Made by a program: the position numbers and the translations under genes
NCBI RefSeq assembly: GCF_006345805.1
Contig: NC_042997.1
Span: 55,366,001 to 55,430,000 of the forward strand
Source of the DNA: Octopus sinensis
Lineage: Eukaryota
DNA length: 64,000 nucleotides
Direction: 5' to 3'
In this document: positions 39,411 to 52,700 of the stretch, piece by piece
Layout of the letters: the number at the start of each line of letters is the position of its first letter
Numbering within the stretch: position 1 is the first letter of the stretch
Notes under the pieces: model-generated
Databases searched by the model: none
Seen by the model: only the letters and a program-made list of their open reading frames with translations
Told to the model about the DNA's origin: nothing

Positions 39411-39459
39411 AAAAAAAGAATAATCTCCAAGCCTTTTTAAACATTCCATTCGAAATAAC

Positions 39460-41020
39460 CTATTTACTATAGTTTGTCAAGATATCTAAAACTGTTCAGG
39501 ATATCGAAAAAGGTTTGTCACCTATTAGAAAATGCAATACCGCATTGTAGAGTGAAGATCAAGAGAAGAAAAAGATTTGCAAATATACAGATCAGAAGAG
39601 GAAACTTTCACGGAGACAGCTCTATTATTTCGTTTGTAATTTCATTAATCCATTTGTTGATTATCCTAAATAATACCTAAGGAGTTTACACAGTAGGTAA
39701 AAATAGGGGCGAAGTGAACCATCAATTTATTGATGATTTAAAACTTTATGACAAGAAATGTGTTATGATAGAGATGAAGTAGAGAAAATACATAAAATAT
39801 ACTATAATAAATCTACTTAATGATGAGAATATAAAATCGTTAAATAAAGAAGAGACGGAAATATCTAGGAATATTGGAAAGTGACAAAATCAAAATTATG
39901 GCAGTCCTAAGTAAAGTATTTTTGCAGAATGAAGATTAAATTTTAAAATCGTAATTGAAAGATGGGAGCATCATACAATTGAATTTGAGAGCAGTATTGC
40001 TAATTAGGTATGGAGCATGAACTATTGAATTGAGAAAGGATGGGTTGAATTAAATGAACAAGATGAGGAAGCTACTCACTATTCACAGAAGCATGCATAC
40101 CCAATCGGATGGATTATATTGAAAAGGAGGAAGAGGGTTAGTGTACGTCCAAGGGGTAGAAGTAGAGAAGAAATTTAGGCTTCTATCTAGAAGGAAATGA
40201 AGAATCTCTCTGTAGAGAAATAATAAGTGAAGGGCTGTTTTCAAAATGCATAGAAAACAAAAGGAGAAAGCAGGAAAAGTGTAGAAAAGAGAAACTCAAA
40301 ATTTAAAGCAAAAGAACTTCACTCGCTGTTTATCAAAAGTACAAAAGTGATGAGCGATGACAAGTAGCGCTGGTTATAATTAGAAAGAGACAGAGCGTAT
40401 TATTTTGGTAGTACATAAATAGGAATTAAGGGTAAATTGCATCGAGGACAATCGATTAGCCAGGGCATTCACCCAAATGTAGAATGTGTGATGATTCAGA
40501 TGGGGTTATAACTCATATTGTCTGAATGCCCACAGAATGACAACAAAATTTGCAGGTACAATAGAATTGCTGCACAAATTCACTGAAATTCCTGCAAGAA
40601 ATTTGGTTTCTCATACACAAAAAAACATCTATATCCTATTGTTGGAATAACAATGTCAGCATTTGAAAAAGATGAGGGACTTCTTATACAAACCAAAAGA
40701 AGCGTAAGATATGACATGTAGGGTATTGTAATCCTTGGCAAGTAGCAGGCTACTGTAATCAACATTGTATGGCCATTTAACGTTAGAGTTAAACGAAAGG
40801 GGGAAAAGAAAGTGTAGAGTATAATCTTCAAATTCTTGATGTACAGAATTGACATGGTCTTGATACTACCGATTATTATTAGGTCCTCGGGAACAGTTAC
40901 GAAAAATCTGAGAACAAAACTTGAAAAACTCGATCTTAATCAGGGTAAAGGTGAAGTGCAAAAAATCTGTTTACTACGTTCTACAAAATTTACCCAGAAA
41001 TCCTTTAATACAAGGTAATA
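39460..41020 (+). mobile_element. Old, heavily decayed R4/Dong-like element (different subfamily)
   Basis: IQIRRGNFHGDS, FIDDLKLYDK, KYLGILESDKIK, GGRGL, EVQKICLL. Confidence 0.75.
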
Positions 41021-42915
41021 ACTACGTTTTGAGAGTTAACTTTATCGAGTAGGTGACCTTGCTTGCGAGCCAACCCCAGGCCGCGTACGTTAGTACTCCA
41101 TGTCTATCTTTGAAAAAGACAGGAAAAATCGCTGATTTTGGTCTTGGAGAAGGTAGGATAATTTCGTCATCTCTCTGGGAGAATGTTCTTTGAAAACCTC
41201 CTCCGGTAATCGTCTGTCTACCCGTTTCCCGAAAACTCCGGACACGACACTGAATGGGAATTATATATTGCGTAGACATCTATAGAGGTCTTCAGCAGTA
41301 CTCTATATTAGAGTAATTTGTTCTTATTTTACCTTTCAGCTCTTTTGACGTCTTCGGATGAGTTATGGTAACACCTTAAAGGACCACGTCATAATCATTA
41401 AAGTTCAATTAAACAACTGGTTTAGGGCAGCTACTTAGAAGGTTTAAGGTGTAGTATTTCTAATATAGCATTATATCCAGACCGTAGCAGTTATTCCTGG
41501 TTTATGACTTCTCCATGGCTCAGGTGGTGTCAATGGAGGGGTATGTAGTAAATTTGTGTGATGTTGGCTGGGTTTGTTTTTGCTTACTAATTCCATTAAT
41601 GGTGGAAGAATTCAAGCCACTAAGGTAAGAAAATTCAGTACGTGACTACTGTCAGAGGATGAGAGAATTAGATACACCAACTATGAAGGGTCACAGACAG
41701 AGGAAGCCGCAGGAAATATCAGGAGATTGTTGCTGTAGCCTTGACAGCTGGGACTTGGCAACTGCATTATCAAAAGTATAGTTAATTTTTTTATGGACTA
41801 CAAATCGCACTGGTATCAGGCACGATAATGGATATTCCGTTGAGACATTGTTCCATTATTACGTCTTTCGAAATTAATAATACCTGAGATCGCTGTTACT
41901 TATAAGAATACTGTGAGCGTTGGAATCTGGCATTGATGGAAAGGCATATACACTTGTTGTTATTGCTACTGTCGTTATTGTTACTACTACTACTACTATT
42001 GTTTTTCCTACCGGTGCTGTTGTTGGTGTTCTCTTTGTTTGGGGCCATAGATTCCTGTTTATTGGAGAATCTAAGCTGATAATTTACAAATGATTCCTCA
42101 CCTGTATATTAGGAACATAACAAAAGCGTGACTAAAATCCGGCTCAACTATTATTTACTTGACTAAGTAGAAGTTGTAAGTAAACACTGATTAGTCGGGT
42201 TTAAATGCCATGGGACAGACATTGAACTTTCTTTACTTAATTTACTTGATGCATCATTAAGAAATCAAAATAGATATACAAACAGCTGAACCTAATTCCC
42301 GATCACTATCTATCGCAGGCTTTCGTTGGATATCTCTCTAGACTCTTTAGCGTGAATGAAACACCTATTGCGGAGCGAAAATGATGTTTATAAACTGTAC
42401 AACGATGTTAAATGTGTAGCTGATGGTAAACTTCTGTTTAGAAGAAATGTTAGTTGACTTCACTTTGAATACGAAATTTTAAAACATTATTTTTAAGTAC
42501 TAGCAGAAGGATTGTAATTTCGTTTATTCACCTCGTCAATTATAGTGGTATCGCCACTGGCCAAATATGGAATGGAGTTAAAGAATATATATATATTGGT
42601 TAGATAGACATATACTATCGTGTTCTTGTTATATACTTCCCTGTTCTCGATTGCTCAAGCCACATAGCTTTAAATGGGCATTGTCGTTTGAATAGCTCAA
42701 CTTTGTAAGTAGTCGGAGTCTAAAATGAAATTCTAGCGTGGCCTGGATAACGTTAGATGCATTCACATTGTGGTTCTGAGTTTTTTCATCAGCATCAGAT
42801 GAACGCGATATTAGTGAAACAATTATTTTAGGTATAAGGGAAACAAGTTAAGAGGAACAAATCTATGTAAACGAGTTACTTAGAGTAGAATAATATTAGT
42901 ATCTGAATTGTAAAT

Positions 42916-43350
42916 TTTCTTTTCGACTCTATGTACAAGGCCCGAAATTTTGGGGGAGGGAGTCAGTCGTTTAGATCGACCCCAGTACGCAACTGGTATT
43001 TAATTTATCGATCCTGAAAGGATGAAAAGCAAAGTCAATCTCGGCGGAATTTGAACTCAGAACGTAAAGATAGACGAAATATCACTAAGCATTTCGCCCG
43101 GCGTGCTTAACGTTTCTTATTTTTTTACTACCCACGAGGAGCTAAACACAGAGGGGACAAACAAGCACAGACAAACGGATTAAGTCGATTATATCGACTC
43201 CAGTGCGCAACTGGTACTTATTTAATCGACCACGAAAGGATGAAAGCAAAGTCGACCTCGGCGGAATTTGAACTCAGAACACAAAGACAGACGAAATACC
43301 GCTAAGCATTTTCGCCCGGCGTGCTAACGTTTCTGCCAGCTCGCCGCCTA
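42916..43350 (-). mobile_element. SINE-A dimer/nested pair inside one 13-bp TSD
   Basis: Direct repeat ctgaattgtaaat at 42903-42915 and 43351-43363; two SINE-A bodies with different tails. Confidence 0.85.
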
Positions 43351-44454
43351 CTGAATTGTAAATATTGAGAAATTAAAATATCATTAGTAATTTCAATTAT
43401 TCTACTAGTGAGTTTTGCGATGTATAACATCAAACTTTAAACGGTAGGAAAGGATTGCATAGATATATTTTAAAAACGGGTAAAAACAAAAAATATCTTT
43501 CTTCCTTAAGGGTAAGTTTTAGATTTATTTTCAATGTAAATAACGACAAAATTTAAAATAATTGTTAGTCAATAAAATTTACAATCTCGTTATCCAAAAG
43601 TACTGTAAAATATTCCCTTTGCGTCTGGCATGAGTGTAGTTTACTCGAGATTCCTGCATTGCTATTGTTAACTGCTATTGTTAACTGAATGTAGAAATAG
43701 AGAACAATTGGTGTACTTATTCATCCAGAGCTAGCCGAAGCATCACTTTCTTCTGTGCTATTTAGCGCATCGTCATCAGCATAACTATCATCAATTATCT
43801 ACCTAATCTAATGATATAAGGAAAATCAGAAAATCTTCATCCCTATACAAAGCTTCCATTTGCAGATTGATTTCTTCCATCGATAAAGGTCGATTACGCT
43901 AAAACACATTTGATGAAGTAGATGCCCGCACATCTGTTGATGAAGGCCGTATCCGTGTGAATTTTTGAAACAGCAATTGATGATGCCAGCTGTTCTTTAA
44001 CGAAACATCAACTGATGATGTCCACCATCTAAGGATTAAACTGTTAATCAAATTTTATTCGGTTTCACAATTCTGCTACAAAGCTTGCACATCGAAGTCG
44101 AGATGAAATACAGTTGGTGAGTTAATTTCCGTAATTGAAAATTTCATTTAGTTCTTGAAGAGAGTTTATAAATAATTCCTGATTCACCAGTGTATCTTCT
44201 GAAGAAATGTTTACTTGGGTTTATAATAAACGAGGAGAATGAATAAATATCTTGAAGAAATGACGAGACAGAAATAGTATATGAAAAATTTAACTTTCAG
44301 AACTGAACGTGATATTCTTATATTTTATCTGTTAGAAGACTGGTCATGTAAGTGTACCATCATCAAATATATTGAATATACTGTTAATTTAATATAAATT
44401 TTCAGTCTTCATGCAAGTTTATAAAAGTTAACACTAATATTATAGTTGTGGTTT

Positions 44455-44582
44455 GCAGAGGTTGACTTTGTCTTTCACCCTTTCAGAGTCGATAAAATAA
44501 TCACCAGCTGAACACTGGGGTCGAGTAATCGAATTATTCCCTATCCCGAAATTGCTGGCCCTGGGCTAAAATCTGAAATCAA
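44455..44582 (+). mobile_element. SINE-A 3' portion
   Basis: ggttgactttgtctttcaccctttcagagtcgataaaataatcaccag..cactggggtcgag..aaatctgaaatca. Confidence 0.75.
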
Positions 44583-46007
44583 TATTTTAGTCATGGTTTC
44601 CTAGAATTGTTAACCTTCCTAATTAACTTTTACATATTTTTGTTTGTTTCGTTTTGTTTTCATTCATTCTCTAAACATGCTTCACTATCTGCTTTTTCTG
44701 TTTAAAATTGTTTAATAATTGCGAATTTAAACAGTATTTCATTTATTTGTTGAAAACAAGCACTGTATCAAAATATTTCTTACACAAGAAGATTTATTTA
44801 AGTACTTTTGTGTTAGTTTATATGTCTGTCGAAACAATAAGAATGAAGTGTATGTTTTGAAAAGAAGAGAAAATAGATTTGCAAAACTGGCGATCACAAA
44901 AAAATATTCCGTCATTAAACAACAGGCTGCACAATCGTTAAAAAATAAGACCAATACTATTTACAATAATAACGTGAACGGAAGAGTAATATTACTGGAG
45001 CAGTAGTTATAAAGAAAGCAATACTTGTTGGTAATATATCTTATAAAATATGGCTCACCATAACAACAGGTATATCGGCAGAAGATAAAAAGCATTCTTC
45101 TTAAACCGTACAAAAGCACAAACAAATATAAATGAAAGGAAAATATGAGACTAAAGCAAGTTTAAAGAAGTCAGAAACAAATGTAAATAATAATAAATCG
45201 ATAGAGTGATGTAGAAATGGTTTATATAAATTGAAAGGTGGCGGAAATCTGAATATATTTTACGCCAAAACTTTGGAAACAACACATTATAAAGATCATT
45301 TCTGAAAATATGAAATGAAAACTAAATGTGGAAACATTAAAAGATTAAAAAAAAAAGGTTATGCTTTGCTTTATAGAAAATCAGCTGAAAGATAGGTTTT
45401 TACTTGTAATAATTTCCGATCCAAGTAAACTAGAAAGAATGAACCGTATTGAATGGTGGTAATGGGGGAGCTAATCGGATGGATGAAAACGAAAAACTTT
45501 TTTCTTTTTTTTTTTTTTTTTGCCGATGAGTATGAATCATTCTTATGTAAACAAAAAGGGAATTGGAAATCCACGCCATAAAAAATAATCGTATTGGAAG
45601 CCTAAAAATGTAGTAGTATTTTCGAAGGTTTAAAACTAGTGATGGATCCAGGTTATGTCTCCCTGATCGATTCCCTGTTGATGGGCGATAAAAAAGTTGT
45701 GCAAATACAAAATGATACAATGTACATCTATATGTGTGAAATGAGAAAATTGGATTTGAAAACAGTGAGCCTCGGCTCATAGCAAAAAACAAAAAACAAA
45801 ACAACAACACATTTTTAACGGACAAGAAGAAAATACCTAATAGAAATGATTATTAGTGAGAAATAATGTTGGTTGCATCAAACATGGAAAATAATGACAA
45901 GGATCGAGAATATGAAGAGTATTTTTAAAAAAACAACCATTGTTAAGTCACAACACAGAATTCGTGGATAATTAAAAATGGAACGGAGACAGCAGAAAAA
46001 GAACTTA

Positions 46008-47040
46008 CCGCTGTTTATAGTGGCCCTCTCAGACATGCCCTCGGCTGCTCAGATAGCCACCCTTGCTACCTATGCAGATGACACAAAAGTCCCTCAGTCA
46101 ATACAAAATCCTGGAAATATTTTATATCTGCAACGGGAGTTGGACGCAATAAACAGGGCTGAGGACAACAACATGCAGTTTAATGCAGGAAAATTCCAGG
46201 CCCTACGCTACAAGCACACAAAGCTAAGCGACATGCAGGCAGGATACATTGGCCCAGGAAGAAGTGAAATCCCTGCATCAAATTCAGTGCGTAACCTGCG
46301 CATTGACAGGAGCAATGATGCTTCTTTTCAAGTGCATATTACCAATTTGGTGATAAAAAGCAGATGGCTGGCTGAATGGATCCTCCGAATTTTCAAAACA
46401 AGAGAAAAGAAGACAATGACGATCCTTTGGAGGACATAAGTCCTCTGCCGTTTAAACTATTGCTCCCAACTATGGACACCACAAAATAAAAAATCCACAG
46501 CAGAACTCGAAGAAATCCATCGAAGCTACACTAAGAAAATCGTCTCGAGGCAACATGCCAGCTACTGGGAAAGACTTAAAGAATTAAAACTCTTCTCCCT
46601 GGAATAAAGGTGGGAGATATATGCAGTGATATACATCTGGAAAATCCTAGAAGGCCTTGTACCAAACTTTGGCATAGAAAGTTACTCAAACTGCAGAACG
46701 GGGCGCCACTGCTTAGTGCCAAAGATCCCAGCATCGCCATCACAATACATGACCAGATACTGCAACAGCTTGGGCTTCAAGAGCCCACAGCACTTTAATA
46801 TATTTCCAAAATGCCTAAGAGACCTGCATTGTGTGGATGTAAGTGTCTTTAACACAAATCTGGATCTCTTCCTGTTACGGATTCCAGATGAGCTAATCTC
46901 ATGGCAGGAAACACAGATGAGGGCAGCAGCATCAAACTCCCTCATTGACCAAATGCCACATATCAGAGGAGGTTCCAAATAATGGTGTAGCTCAGTCAAC
47001 GGTGGTGCTCCAGCATGACCGCAGCTTTGCAGCTGAAACA
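46008..47040 (+). mobile_element. 5'-truncated CR1/L2-group LINE with intact 3' end
   Basis: LFIVALSDMP, YADDTKV, NNMQFNAGKFQ, LNYCSQLW, YCNSLGFKSPQHFN; 3' UTR ends ggtggtgctccagcatgaccgcag..ctgaaaca followed by (ttaaaatag)-like repeats. Confidence 0.9.
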
Positions 47041-49478
47041 TTTTAAAATAGTTAAAATAGTTTAAAATAGTTTCAGGATAGTACATTAAAGTAATCCACA
47101 GAACATTGTATCACGTGTAAATGAGTTGTGCCTAGGTATTTCAATTTTAAGTAGTAAGAACACTGCGACCTTGGTACAGGTGAATTTTAAGCAAGAATGT
47201 AACCAATTTGTTTAATTGTCATCCCAAACTACCGAGAAACTCTTGCTGGGCATAATTTCATACTGTGACTTAAAATACATGAAGAAAAAATGGCCTAAAA
47301 TAAAATTTGTTGAACCTGGAAAAATAATAAAATTTTTAACCGCCTCCGTTTCAGTCTAGAAAAGTCATATTATGTGTTAGTCAGAGTGGTGTCCTCGTTT
47401 TGATCGATACCACTCCGACTAATACGTGATATAAAAATTCCTCATCTCAGAAATATAGAATTGAACAAATTATATTGCCCGCCGTTGTATATACTAAGCT
47501 TTAACTAATAAAGTAACTTTGCAAAAACTATGGTCTAAAGAGGAACAAATTTTCTTTATTTGAAATTTGGAAAAATTCAGCTTAAGATTTTGAGTTATGG
47601 CTTATCGTCTAAAGATATCACGCAAATTTTACAACATTTCTTGTTCCACGAGTGTGTCATGAGACAGTAACAATAACATCATGGGTATTATGAACAACAG
47701 ATCATCAGAAAAGTCAAAGATAGAGAAGTAGAGTACTTGCTTGTATGCGAGAGATAGTAAGTTACATATCTGCTGTATACGTGTGTATATGGTTGCTTTT
47801 GCACTTGTTTGCGAGATTATGAACTACAATAGTGTAGTGCATCTGTTCGATATGTTATTGTTTATTTATTTATTCTTTGTCATTTTTAATAAACCCATTT
47901 TCATTATTTGTCCATATTTGATGTGATTTTGTCGAAACAAAGGTAAATCAGAATGATTTAGAACTTTAGTTTCTTCTGTGCTGTTCATTGGTATAAATGT
48001 TCATCTAGTGGATTCTGTCTGGTATTAGTACTTTCTATTCGTTGATTATGAATAGTTTATTTTCCTTTGCCTGTGTAATAGTTGTTGTATGTAATAACAG
48101 TTTATTTTTTTGACAAATAGGTGAAATGAAATTTTGCATTGAAAATATGGCATGCCCTCTAGATAAACACACATACACATAAATAATATGTGTATGTGCA
48201 TTCATAATGTATTCCCTGTACTTAAAAGACACAATTACCTTTTCTGTTTACAATTGTGATAAGACATTTTTAACAGCACCTACGTCTCCTTCGAAAACCT
48301 AATAGATGATGCAAGTTTCTGATTTAAAAAAAAGCTAAGCTGCATCTCTTGATACAGAAAAATTCTCTAATGTTCATACAACATTGCGTTCACCATTTAT
48401 GTAGCTTTACGATTGCATAACCTGCACTGAACTTATGACGTTATTTAAATAGGTTAGCCAGAAACATCCTTTCGTCTTTATGCAAGTTTGCTAAGGTCAT
48501 AAATGAATATAAAAAATTTCAAAAGTTTACAAATACCAATGCTTAAAAGTTCTTTTCATTAGATGCACATCAATTGAACAAATAGTGAACAGAATATTTT
48601 GAAGAATGGCCTGCATGTTGCTGTTCTTCACTTCTGCAGCTTTGGAAGATTGTGTTTGTAAGGTAACAAGAATTTTAGATGTATTGCAAAAACCGTTATA
48701 AAAATGTATTTTGTTTACTTAAGTTGCATTTTGAGTGACGGTTTAATTTGGAGTTAATGTAACCTAAACTTGATTTGCAGTTTCAAGCAGAAATATTTAC
48801 AATTCATATGTTAAAGAGTTTTTGTGTTAAAGAGATTCTGTATAATTTTATCAAACTAGAAATGTTGACATCTAAATATATTAGTAGAATTAATATTAAT
48901 GACACTTAAGGTTAGTTGCAATTTATGGTAATTCCACTGTAGAAAGTATATAATTCAAGAGAAAGTTCTCAAAAGACACTGCAAGAACTTGGAGTAAATT
49001 TTTTTAAATATCTGTTTGTCTTATAAAGCAGATGCTTAATTTCTTTTTTATCTTGTGAACTGAGTGTGAAGTTTACAAGAGGAAAATGATGCTTGAGGCT
49101 TTGGATGTTTCATTTGTTATGATATTTTCTAAGTAGTCTGTGAAGAAATTTAAGGACGAATTGATAATGAATGGAGGGACCTGATACTGCAAAATCGACC
49201 TCCAAATGCAGAAAAAGTTTGGTTTAGCATGTCTCCAGATGGTTACGGCCAAAAAATTCGCTCCTCTTTTTTTTCAAAAATTTATATATTAACCTATTGT
49301 TACTACACTATTATGCAGTGAAGTTCAATGTTGCTGAGTCTCTTAGTCAACATTAAAGTTCAAAATAGCGCTTTTTAGGAACTATTTCGCGTTAAATACA
49401 TTGAGAAGATCTAGATCTTATTAAAAATCCAGTGCATTAACTACCTGAAAAGGAGACCATGAAAGGCTTCGTGTTACA

Positions 49479-49578
49479 ATACATGATATATTAAGTATAT
49501 AATTATTTATATACTTAATATATCATGTATATATGAAAATCTTCGTCAACTACTTTATAGCAGTTGACGAAGATTTTC
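49479..49578. repeat. Two adjacent hairpins, each with a TTAT loop
   Basis: 24-bp perfect stem 49479-49502/49507-49530; 20-bp stem with one mismatch 49535-49554/49559-49578. Confidence 0.9.
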
Positions 49579-50483
49579 TTTGATATTAAAAGTATTTTTT
49601 TTTCTGATTAATATGTTTTATAATGTTTTTGTATTGATATTTAAAATACAGCGCGTTTTGCATTTGTTTTTTGTATTTTTACGTACAAATTTTGGTACTA
49701 TCCCGAAATAGACGTTGGCAACACTGATTACAACAATAAATAGAAGAATTTGCTAGCAAGCAGCTTACTTTTACTCTATGCCGTTCAATCTTCTACCCTA
49801 TACTCACAATAAAAAATAACAGCTTTACGAACTGAAATCTATATACGTTTATATCAAAACCGATGCATTATTGATACTTTTTTTGCATGCGAAAGGACAG
49901 CTGACACATTGTGCTATATTTTCAGGACTACCAGGATTGATGGACAGGAAGGAAAGCGTCATTCTCACTCCAAAGAGCTCACTCAAAATCCAAGGTAGAT
50001 TTAAGTTCGCTAAATGTTTAAGAAGTGGTGGTGTTAGATTGGGCAATGAATTAAGTCTACCGCACACTAATATTCTCTTAATGAAAAAATCCAAAGTTAA
50101 CCCAGATGGCATTTAAAATAAAATAATAATAAACAGAAAATAAATACAGTAAACCATTTAGTTTCTCTTACTAGCGCTTCTATTAATACATATCTATAGC
50201 CACTATTACATATTAACAATTTAGACGTTGTTTTGCCTCAGCTTAACCAAGACTGTGTAGACCATTAATTAATTGCTTTCGATTTATAAGCACGTAGAAT
50301 TTATATTCAAGCACAATGTACATCAGATTACATTATACAAAGTAAACTTTCTACATTTTACGAAATCAAGATGTTACTGGGGTAGATTTGGCTGCTTTTT
50401 CCAGCATGCTGAGAGGTTTTGTTGACGCTCTATCATTGGCTCTATGAGAAGTAATCTAATACTTCACTATCGTCAACTGTACA

Positions 50484-51625
50484 GTGAACGATCTGAAGAA
50501 ACTAGACGCCAAAACACGGAAAGCAATGGAGAAAATGCACCACTCAAAAACAAATATTGACAGATTGTATCTTCCAAGAGATGGTACCCGAAATCTTTTC
50601 CAGCTAGAGCTAACATACAATTCCACTACCATAGGGTCAGAGAAGTATCCTGAAAGTAGAGAGACCTCTCTACCACAAATACTAAAAAATCACGATGTGG
50701 GGTGGGGAATCGTCTGCTTCATTACAAAAGAGGCCAAAAAGTATAGCGAAGAACTGGAAACTCCAGAATTACAGCCTACTGAGCTTCAGAAGATCTCCAG
50801 TTATGAACGAAGAGTGACATGAGACGGTTAAAAATAAAGGGAAAAAAAAAACAATTGGAAAGAAAAATTGGAAAATAAGGAAATGTATGAAAAATACACA
50901 ACAGAAGTAAAGGCAAGGGAGACAATCAAGGGATACACAAATGGCTTAAAGCAGCTGGCCTCAAACCAGGACAGATGTCTCGTCATTGCTGCACAAGACC
51001 AGAACCTTCCAATAAAAATAGTAAAAACGGCACCGACACCCACTGTGTAGGATGTGTAGAATGTTGGTCACCTTATCTATCGTTGCCCTAAACTTGTTAA
51101 GACAGAATACAATCAATGTTACAAAAAGGCAGTTGCATACATCCACTGGACGGCCTGCAATGAATATAATAACATCATGATCATCGAGAAATGGCATGAC
51201 CATCAATCGCAAACATTCATGGAAAATAGGAACGCCGCTAAACTATGGGATACACCTATTTATACAGTCAAGAAAATAACAGCAAGCCGTCCGCACTGGA
51301 TTATTAGGTATTGGGAATAAAATAAACACCATCAGAAAGAAATACATCTGCAAAAGACACCGAAAAATTATCAAAGTACTAAGACTTAGAGATAGAAATA
51401 AACCGGATGAGAGGAATGAAAATGAACTCTAAAATGACACCTATCGTTATCGATGCTCTAGGATTGCGTAAATTCACCGAGAAACTATCTGGTAACATCA
51501 ACATCCGTGAGCTCAAGAAGATCAGTTACCTGAAAATAGTCCACATTCTCAGAAAGATGCGCTAGATTCAATGGTAACAACAAATCATTTGACGCCTTAG
51601 AACCATTGAGTGGATCCGTTTGAAT
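50484..51625 (+). mobile_element. Decayed R4/Dong-like 3' half
   Basis: KKLDAKTRK..MHHSKTNIDRLYLPR, VIAAQDQ, LWDTPIY, TPIVIDALG, HILRKM; followed by (ACT)n(ACC)n(AAT)n. Confidence 0.8.
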
Positions 51626-51649
51626 AAGGAAAGAGCAGTAAAACGAATG

Positions 51650-51714
<65 letters not shown>

Positions 51715-51804
51715 CACCACCACCACACCACCACCACCACCACCACTAATAATAATAATAATAATAATAGTAATAATAGTAATAATAGTAATAGTAATAT
51801 CGAT

Positions 51805-51960
51805 GAGCTCCAATAATTCAACATGTTGGGAACAGCCCACACACTGAGAAAGGTGTTTTCCATTAAATAGAAACAACAAACACTTTGGCGCCGTAGGGCC
51901 AAAAAGTCTACGGATAAACTGATGAGAAAGACACTCACAGGGACAATATTTCCCATTAAA
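51805..51960 (+). mobile_element. Short Dong-like 3' fragment after (AAT)n
   Basis: ELQ*FNMLGTAHTLRKVFSI matches the Dong C-terminus; 3' UTR similar to 51580-51620. Confidence 0.65.
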
Positions 51961-52314
51961 CACAAGCTACGAACGAAAAACTTTGTCATCATAAGAAATC
52001 ACGCAAATGTAGAGCGATCAACTGTAAATTTATATTGAACACATAAACGGTATATTGCAGCATACCATTAACGTTTTAAATACCCTTCTTCCACAAGATC
52101 TGGAATCATTCTGTTTATTAGCAGAAAGTCATGAATGGCTATTTCGTCAGAAATCTTCAGAATGACAGTAATATAGATAACCAAATAAGTTTATAAAGGA
52201 TCAACGACTATAGTATCAGCTTTCATTTTGATAGATATGCTTTTGCAATTTAGGAGCAGGAAACACTATACCTGCTGTAGAAAAGGCATAGAGATGCTTG
52301 TAAAATATGTACAT

Positions 52315-52432
52315 GCTAACGGCCATATCACGTTGAAATCACCGGTTCTCGTCCGATCACCGAAGTTAAGCAACGTCGAGCGTAGTGAATACTTAGATTG
52401 GTGACCGCTTGGGAAACCTAGGTGCAGTAAGC
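52315..52432 (+). pseudogene. Dispersed 5S rRNA pseudogene
   Basis: gctaacggccatatcacgttgaaatcaccggttctcgtccgatcaccgaagttaagcaacgtcgagc..ggtgaccgcttggga..gtgcagtaagc (118 nt); box C region altered (aatacttagattgg), two mismatches in terminal stem, no adjacent T-tract. Confidence 0.85.
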
Positions 52433-52449
52433 GTCACACATTGTTTTTA

Positions 52450-52613
52450 GGCGTAGGAGTGGCTGTGTGGTAAGTAGATTGCTTACGAACCACATGGTTC
52501 CGGGTTCAGTCCTTCAGCGTGGCACCATCGGCAAGTGCCTTCTACTATAGCCTCGGGCCGACCAAAGCCTTGTGAGTGGATTTGGTAGACGGAAACTGAA
52601 AGAAGCCCGTCGC

Positions 52614-52700
<87 letters not shown>

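Noticed and set aside
41040-41290. GC-richer minus-strand segment resembling an RTE-type 5' UTR
   Set aside because: Resemblance from memory only, with no adjoining ORF; cannot be supported without a search.
43690-44260. Acidic minus-strand peptide (RPLSMEEINLQMEALYRDEDF..DDSYADDD) reminiscent of a piggyBac N-terminus
   Set aside because: Broken by stops; no DDD core and no convincing TTAA-bounded TIRs.
49926-49994. Possible 69-nt exon (ttttcag...CAAG|gtagat; GLPGLMDRKESVILTPKSSLKIQG)
   Set aside because: Splice-like signals only; no recognisable protein family and no partner exons. It needs RNA-seq.
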